A stretch of 64,000 nucleotides of DNA, from NCBI GenBank assembly GCA_903813345.2, contig CAIIXF020000001.1:19902001-19966000 (forward strand). The letters run 5' to 3'. The DNA comes from Owenia fusiformis (Eukaryota). Numbering within the stretch: position 1 is the first letter of the stretch; the number at the start of each line of letters is the position of its first letter. The notes under the pieces were generated by a model. That model was given only the letters and a program-made list of their open reading frames with translations. It had not been told where the DNA came from and searched no databases. Positions 39,851-64,000 of this stretch are shown piece by piece. Made by a program: the position numbers and the translations under genes.

Positions 39851-40620
39851 AATCAAGTTTTGCATTTACATTTGGGCAAAAATTGTTTACTTATAAGATT
39901 AGACTTCACATTCTAATCTTTCCTGGGGTTGGACATTTGGTATGGTATTTGACAACTGGACATTTGGTGGCTTGGCTGTTACTTAAATGTAACTGCCACA
40001 ATTACATTATACAAGTAATTGGTATGGGAACATATTGAGATTTGACAGATTGGTATGGGAACATACTTATATCTGAGGGTTTAGCATAGTACCACTGTCA
40101 AAGTTTGTATACAGCGAATTGCTCCCCGAGGGGGAAGTAAGAAATGTCCATTGTCTGAGTTAGCCTAATTACCCAGACAAAATGAATTGACAGACATCAG
40201 TTTTTTTTAGCCATGGATAACAATCAGATTTATTCAAATGTCAAAGGGACATAATAATGCTAATGGCTGAATTATCAAAATAAAAAATACAGATTTAACA
40301 TGTTAGAATAATTTATTTTAATCCATTTGTATATCAAACAATGGTAAAATGTAAGTTTTCTCAGATGTCAAACTTGTGTTACAAACACAAATTGAGTGTT
40401 ACATCAAATCCCATGATAGATAAAAAAGAAACATTGTAATTTCTAGGCTCAACCTATAAAACAGTAAAAGCACCACATTTTAATTTCCACAATTTTCAAA
40501 TAGATTTGTATTCATCCCAAACATGCTTTTTTCCTTTTCAATCTCTTAATCTTTTAAATGATTATAGCCAGCATACTTCTGAATTATCCTTTCTGTTTAT
40601 CTATTCTGATTAATATATAG

Positions 40621-40828
40621 CAGGCCCGTGGCCAGGGGGAGGGGGGGGGGGGGGTCCGCATGGTTCGGGTGAACCCCCCTGGCCAAAAATTCTTACAAAA
40701 TCATGCAGTTTTTCACCATTTTGCTCAAGTGATTTTAGCCATATTTGCGCCAAAATTGTCAAATGTGAACCCCCTGGAAAATTTTGAAACTAAACCCCCC
40801 CCCTTGGCAAATCCTGGCTACGGGCCTG
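40621..40828. mobile_element. MITE with CAGG termini and 5-bp TSD, just downstream of TIMM29 stop
   Basis: TATAG|CAGGCCCGTGGCCAGG ... CCTGGCTACGGGCCTG|TATAG. Confidence 0.8.
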
Positions 40829-40840
40829 TATAGGTTCAGT

Positions 40841-43692
40841 CTATGCTGCAATCTTAGTCTTTGATTCCTCTATTACAGGCCATTCTGTAGAATTGATATC
40901 AAAGTCTATCATATATTTCTCCAAGTTAAACCAATGTCCTGCTACTCCTACATCCACAAATCTGGTATTAAACCTATCTAGAAATGCAGGTTTCAAATGC
41001 TTACACTGTGTCTCATACAAGTCCACTTCTCTAGAGAAATTCGCAAACCATACAATAGTACACACTCCTAAATTGAAAAAGCGTAGCCTGCCTTCTTTGT
41101 TAAGTTTATTGATTTCTTCCATTTTAGCATTTGAGACTGGATTACGAGTCAAATCTCCGACTAATAAAAGTTCATCAGTGTTTGACACTAAGGTAGTTAT
41201 AAAATCTTGTTTATTTGGTCTTGTTTTGATCATGTATCCTGAAGTACCAAGTAGAGAGAATATAAAGGCTGATTTCAAAGGCTTTGCCTTAATGTCTTGA
41301 ACTGTTTCCTTCCCAACAGTAGCATAGTCATCTACGATCAGCTTCATGTAGTTCTCTGGAAAGATAGACAGAAGGATTTATATATTTTGTCCACCCATTA
41401 GATTACGATGTGATAGTTTGGGGCATGTATAATATCAGTATCATCAATCAGTGCAAGTATCGGAGCACTGGAATACTTCTTTTTTGAACAAGACTTGTAA
41501 ATTGTTCATCGAGTGAATGTTTTTTGACCCATATCCAATATGGCAGTTTGCTAGGAGCGAGATACGCAAAGAACGAAATGAATTTTGAGAATGATTTAGG
41601 TTCGGAAACCTCCAGAGATTTACGAAAATGTCCAAGCAGAAAACTCCATATTGGAATTTGGCAGTAAAAGCATTCACTCAACTAACAATTACAAGTCTTG
41701 ATCGAAAAGGAAGTACTTCAGCGCTCCAATACTTGCACGGAAGGATGATAATGATGTATGACATATAGTTAGAGAACAAAAGTAAGCCGCGGACCGACTT
41801 AATTTGTGTTTCAAAGGTCACTATTATTCAGCTGTCCATTTCTCCATTTGAGACCCATAAGTTTCAAAATCTAACATGGCTCTCGAAGTGAGTGATCTGT
41901 AATGACCTTCGATAGCAAGTCGCTACTACAGTCTCAGCTGTAGTGGCTAGCCTTACTTCCTGCGAAAGCTATGTGGATTTTGATATAATAGCTTTCCCTC
42001 GGCGCACTTGGACAGCTGAATAATAGTGACCTTGAAAATATGAATAAAGATTTCAGCGGCTTACTTTTGGTCTCTAACTGTGTCTCACATCAGTATCATC
42101 AATCCGTGCAAGTATTGGAGCGCTGAAGTACTTCCTTTTCGATCAAGACTTGTAATTGTTCATCGGGTGAATGTTTTTTCGACCCATTTCCAATATGGCA
42201 GTTTGCTAGGAGCAAGATACGCAACGAACGAAATGAATTTTGAGAATGATTTAGGTTCGGACAACCTCCGGAGATTCACGAAAATGTCTGAGCAGAAAAC
42301 GCCATATTGAAATTTGGCAGTAAAAACATTCATTCGACTAACAATTACAAGTCTTGATCGAAAAGGAAGTACTTCGGCGCTCCAATACTAGCATGGAAGG
42401 ATGATACTGATGTATAACATAGTTAGAGAACAAAAGTAGGCCGCTGATCGACTTTACTGTGTTTCAAAGGTCACTATTAATCAGCTGTTCATTTCCCCGT
42501 TTGAGAGCCATAAGTTTCAAAATCTAATATGGCTCTCGGAGTAAGGCTAGCCCTTATGGCTCAGGGGTAGAGCGTCTGACTCTGAGAGCGGAAGGTCCTG
42601 GGTTCGATTCCCGTATGGGGCATTGAATTTAGCACACTCTCTTTCAAGTCTAGTATCTGGCTCAGTACACTACAACTCCAACGAGCGTACCCAAGGTCGT
42701 TACACATCAAAATATAAGAGGCCACAGATATGATAGCTAAACTACAAAACAAACTAAAATATACAAAAGTTAGGACATGTATAAATGTTTCTATTTTTAC
42801 ATATACTGTTTCAATATGGTCCTTTGATTGCTTATTTTTCAAATTCACAGTAGCTCCAAACATTTTACTGTAGACTAAAGTCCATTTCACTGCTTCATTT
42901 CGTCAGTAGAACGGCAAAAATAAGAAATTGGGAGACCACTGTGCAATAATATATGGAAAAGTATATTCATACATGAATGACATTTGTATATTTCAGATTT
43001 TTTAGTTTTTTGTGCAATAAGCCTGTGCCGTCTTGTAATTTGAAGAATTTCAGCCATGTTAATCTTATTGAAAATAACATAGCAGAGAAACATCCAAATA
43101 TACAGTTGGGGACAAAAATAAATGACAGGTCGATTTTCGATCACCATTTCCTAATTATGGTCGTCTGAAAGCCCATAATTTCCAATATTGTCTAGACACA
43201 TATCCCTTAAAATTTGTATATTTCACATTTTGTATAATCTCATCCACTGATGTATGGCCTCTTGAAAATTCTCTTATTTTTAACATGGGAAATTCTCACT
43301 TCAGCAAATCCACCTGTCATTTATTTATGTCCCGAACTGTAAGAGGCCACACACTTTATAAGCCAAACTAGAAGCAATCAAAGATATACAAATGTCATTC
43401 ATGTACATTATGGATATACTTTTCCATATATTATTGCACAATGGTCTCCCAATTTCTTATTTTTGCCGTTCTACTGACGAAATGAAGCAGAAATGGACTC
43501 TAAAAATTACCAAAGAAAAAATAAGAAAAATGTACAGTCAAATACTCGACAAGGATTAGTGAAATGGCCATTGAACTGGGTTCAATCGTAAAACTGTATC
43601 TTACTGAATCTCTGGCCACGAGTCAACTTCTCTGGATCTATATTTGTATTAAGAAATCGTCGAAAGACAGGAATATTTGTCCGAGAAAACAT
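40841..43692 (-). CDS. TIMM29: Mitochondrial import inner membrane translocase subunit Tim29, 200 aa, 2 exons
   Basis: Exon 1 43692-43605 (MFSRTNIPVFRRFLNT..., presequence-like, donor A|GTAAG); exon 2 41355-40841 (phase 1) with DDY..., LLLVGDLTRNPVS, GRLRFFNLGVCTIVW, LYETQCKHLKP, VDVGVAGHWFNLEKYMIDFDINSTEW, the Tim29 family pattern. Confidence 0.9.
41434..41890. mobile_element. Truncated copy of the foldback element at 41948-42549
   Basis: Direct repeat of ~42088-42540; itself an imperfect palindrome. Confidence 0.75.
41948..42549. mobile_element. ~600-bp foldback element with TAGCCTTACT / AGTAAGGCTA ends
   Basis: Imperfect palindrome over nearly its whole length (e.g. GAAGTACTTCCTTTTCGATCAAGACTTGTAATTGTT vs AACAATTACAAGTCTTGATCGAAAAGGAAGTACTTC); no TSD recognised. 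Confidence 0.8.
42550..42622 (+). pseudogene. tRNA-derived sequence (SINE head or tRNA pseudogene)
   Basis: A box TGGCTCAGGGGTAG, D stem GCTC/GAGC, B box GGTTCGATTCC at tRNA spacing; anticodon stem (TCTGA/AGCGG) unpaired and acceptor/T stems mismatched. Confidence 0.7.
42877..43502. mobile_element. MITE, same family as 192-577, carrying a nested Tc1-like MITE
   Basis: TIR AGTCCATTTCACTGCTTCATTTCGTCAGTAGAACGGC / GCCGTTCTACTGACGAAATGAAGCAGAAATGGACT. Confidence 0.82.
43103..43339. mobile_element. Tc1/mariner-like MITE
   Basis: TA|CAGTTGGGGACAAAAATAAATGACAGGT ... ACCTGTCATTTATTTATGTCCCGAACTG|TA; empty site CCAAATATAAGAGGCC visible in paralogous host at ~405-420. Confidence 0.88.
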
Positions 43693-46600
43693 GACTTCCG
43701 GATTTTAATTCTTTACGGACTGAATAAATTCAAGTGACTTCATGGCACACCACATAAAACACAATTGTAAAGTAATGGATTGTGCTTGCTTGTACAATTG
43801 TATTCCCAGTATTGTACTGTAGATCTACAGTAGTATTCAGTTCTTCGAAATACTTATATTCATACTGGTTGGTTGCAGGTTAGACATAAGTATATCTCAG
43901 CAACACCCAGACACAAACCGCCTATTGACTGATTGATTAGTGTAATTGGAATTGGTTCATTGCTGGGGCCGTCTACTGGCTTGGCCAAGTCGGAATAGTT
44001 CTGTAACGTTTCTTGCATTTTGTACCAACGAGGGTTGGATAGATGTTTCAATTTGTTCTAATGAATTGGTTTATGGCTATTAAAACAATTATATAGATCC
44101 GGTTCAATACCGCCTAAGAACATTGAGGAATCTCCTACTCAGCGACTGAAAAAACTCAAAAGAAAACGGACTCAGTGACCATTTATTAGAGATTGAAGCA
44201 GGAGGATGCAAAAATAAAAATGTAAATGTACAAAATGTTCAGATAATTGTGTTGCACTTTGTTATGAGATGCAAAAACTAGGACTAAAGTGAGCGCCGTG
44301 ACAGGCGCATTGTATAAATAAATATTTTCTACTATGACTGAGGAAAACATGCAATTAGTTTCTATATAGGCCTACATTACATGTATGTCATATAAATCAA
44401 ATATGAAGGAAGTCCTGTATTTCATTGAAATATGCTTTAAAGAAAAGAATTCTATAACATTGCAACCATCACAACACAATGTCCAGTCTTTGTAGATTAA
44501 TTGTAACTGTAATGCGCTGTAATGTAACCCCGGGAATGTAACTGTATTGAAAGTATAAATGTAGTTTGCACAGCCCATGGGTAGTCTGGCCATGCCCTGA
44601 TAACACAGTGGCCGTGCCTTAATGGGCCTAATTCTAAATTCTTTAAATCGATGTCCATATCCGAGTGACATTTGATTTCAGATTTGACCTTTCGCTGACC
44701 TTCAAAAAGTCAAAAATTTGGCAGATTGCCTGTCTAGTTCTGAGATTTATTATTGAAATGAACCACCTACGACTGATAGATAGGCTAGCAGCACCGATGT
44801 AAAAATAAGTGAACGCCGGACTTGGTCAAAGTAATAATGGGGACACAGAACATGAAAATCAGTTTCACTCCAGTCTTGTTTTTGATAGACTAATCTGTTG
44901 TACATTTTGAAGGGTATGTTACGATAAGATAAGAAAATAGGACACCACACGATGTTAATCGACGAAAGTTGACTAGTGTGTTGTAACTTTGATAAATGCT
45001 TTTTTGGGTGTCTCTGCATTTCCTATGCTTTGAGTAAATGTAAGTCTCTAGTTTGGTTCGAAATCTGGACTCGATAGTACAAGAAGCACATCACTCGGCA
45101 CATTGTCCACCGATGACACAATCAACTAAACGCTAAAACGGGTCTATGTCAAATGTAGGAATACCCGGGTAGGAATATAATTGCTGATGAAGACGAGGAA
45201 ATCGTTCGGAGGAACGTCTCATCTCACCTCCAGGGTCACATGCACCAAAGCAATGACAAACGCAAGCGGTGATGTCAGCTATGATACAATCAACGTCAAC
45301 TACAGTTACTAATTTTATAATATACAATCTGTTATCAGTACAATATTATTATTGTGACGCTGTGATTCATAAACACGAAGCACGCAGGATACCCGGGGCA
45401 GAACATAGTCAAATCCACAAACGCACCATGTTGGTACAGTTATAACATATTGCCATCTTTATTTAAATATGAAATTTTATCGATGCATAAGATCTATACT
45501 TGATCAACAATTATTTAGAATCTTTGTAAAGATGTCAGCATGAATGGGACATCTGAGTATTGAAAATAAGTTTTTTGAGAGGGTGTAGGGTCGATATTAA
45601 TCTTCCATTTTAATCTGCGTGCCAACGTGTGTTATATTCCTCTATTTTGCTTTTTACAAAAGTGTTTCAACAATAATCACAGTCAAGTACCGTATATAAA
45701 ATAAGCCAACAAGACCTTATCTATTGTAAGTCAGTACTTATTAAACCAAACTATTTTGAACATTACGAAATTGTGTTTTCACGGCTCATTATTGCCTTAT
45801 ACCATCAATATATTGTTCAATGGATCAATAATTTGGAAAAATAAAGATAAAAAGGAGTGACAATATGATAAATGAAGACATTTGAATGAGACACCAATAC
45901 CAAGGCATGGAGTGTGAGTGGTACACGAGGCAGACATAAATATATCTTGCCTATAATTATTATCATTGTACATTGTGTATGATTATAAATAATGAACATA
46001 TACATTGCCATCTCCATTGGGCTCAAGCTGTTCAAACATCCACTTTCTTTAAAGCTCACTTAAAATCCCGATACTATGAAGATTCGGCTAGACGAACTGG
46101 CAAATGAACCTTGGCAAAGATGGATCTTAAATATTTTGAGTGCGATGAGTCGTAAACAATAAATAAGCAGCATTGTCATATACAAGCGTATTTTACCACC
46201 GCTGTATGGTGTTAGATTGTCCATGTCATGTATATAGCTTATCCTAACGCTTTCTTCTGATTTTATCTGATCATGTACAAAAAGTCAATTTTTCATACGT
46301 CAGAACTTAAAGAATATAGGTAACATCTGGTTGGTTACAAATAGACAATCATAAATGTATTATCTTACTACGTTGAGAGACTAAAGGCAATACTTCTTAT
46401 ATGATCGCTCTCGTCATCGTACTTCAGCGACTCTCGAAGTCTGCAATCAGCATCCAAAGTGCACCCTACGTGTAAACCAGTAAATTATCAACTTGCTCGA
46501 GATGATAGATCTTTAATAGAGTGACGACATTCAAGTCGTGTATCTCGTCAAGCAAGGGAAGGCTGATATAGGTAAAATTATAAACATTTCACAAAACAGG

Positions 46601-46884
46601 ATCCACCAAAGATGTTCACGAAAACAACGTCGACCTTATCGTGATCGAACGGAAAGCGAGGCACAAGTCAACACGCGAGTGGATTGGTCGTTACATCGCG
46701 AGAAACCGAAACCTGCTATATTAATAGTTTGAAATGTGGAGGCGTGAAGTTTTGGTAAAGAGGAGAGAGCTGACCAGAGTTCTGTAGAAAATCAGCTTCT
46801 GTATTTATTACCATCAGCAGCGACAAGCGATTGAGAACAGATTAATATCAAAGCAGAGTCGTTCATACTTACTACACCGTCACA

Positions 46885-63271
<16,387 letters not shown>

Positions 63272-64000
63272 TAGGGATTTCTGAGTGATATTTTCTAGAG
63301 ACATCTGCTATCATAGCATTGTTTTATGCAGCCACATGGCACACAATGCAAAATTAGAAAAAAATCTTCATTTTGCAGTCATACATGAAAATCATGCGAT
63401 AACTTGACATAATATTTCAAAGGATATCTTGACTCCATACCTTTGGTGCACTTCCCGTATAAATAAGATAAAGAATTTGACACTGATAAAGGAATTCTTA
63501 GTTGTTTGCACCATGAGACCTGGGCTCCTATAAAACATCAAATAATCAGCACCTCTTTCAAGTTGTTATGGAACACCAACTTTTATGTACAAAACAAAGG
63601 ATATTAGATATTGTATTGATCAATATATTGTCTGTTGCATTGAACCATAATATATAGAATGACAAACATGTGGGGATCATGCCTGGGGCAATTCCACAAG
63701 CACATGGATTCCATTCCTATCTTGATTGATCAAGGCTCATGGTGCCTGGTATTGGGTCTGTAATCTTGTATTTTTCACAAATAAAGCGTATCACATTATC
63801 AATATCCCAATATTTCATCAAAAGAAATAATACAGGAAATAATTATTTACTTCACATCTCTACATGTTTCTAATGAATAAATCCATCCATACTTTCCAGC
63901 TGACTTCTATCGCTATCTTCCAGGTCAAGGTTCTATAAACAGAAAATGCATTTTCATCAAACAGAGAATGCATTTGTATTTTCAATTTTTGAGACCCAAT

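Noticed and set aside
40893-41300. 135-aa plus-strand ORF (also 20694-21107, 22644-23096)
   Set aside because: Antisense shadows of TIMM29 and KLHL18 exons.
42550-42622. Functional tRNA-Gln(CTG)
   Set aside because: Anticodon stem cannot pair and acceptor/T stems are mismatched.
63924-64000. Possible fifth esterase exon after TTCCAG
   Set aside because: Translation (GQGSINRK) does not resemble the expected GLFxRAIxQSG segment.

Overview
AT-rich, intron-rich animal genomic DNA, probably an invertebrate (lophotrochozoan-like repeat content; the taxon is an inference). Four spliced genes were rebuilt by hand from splice sites and reading frame: a Lifeguard/TMBIM membrane protein (+, 3224-12999), KLHL18 (-, 38849-19163, 10 exons, one GC-AG intron), TIMM29 (-, 43692-40841, 2 exons) and the 5' part of a secreted type-B carboxylesterase/cholinesterase-like gene (+, from 46885, running off the window). 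Introns are packed with nested transposons: a 5 kb decayed AcademX element with ~540-bp TIRs, several Helentron-associated (HINE/DINE-1-like) families including a self-nested 6.3 kb stack, MULE-, hAT-, Kolobok-, Tc1/pogo- and CACTA-like MITEs, and SINEs. The two most unusual observations are (i) a 1.4 kb minisatellite built from the 3' end of a coding exon plus its splice donor, giving 23 exact AG|GTAAG sites, and (ii) a 32-bp TIR-only hairpin present twice, each time between a different 7-bp direct repeat, which looks like a minimal transposon. No CRISPR, rRNA or intact tRNA was seen. All coordinates were read by eye and no database searches were run.
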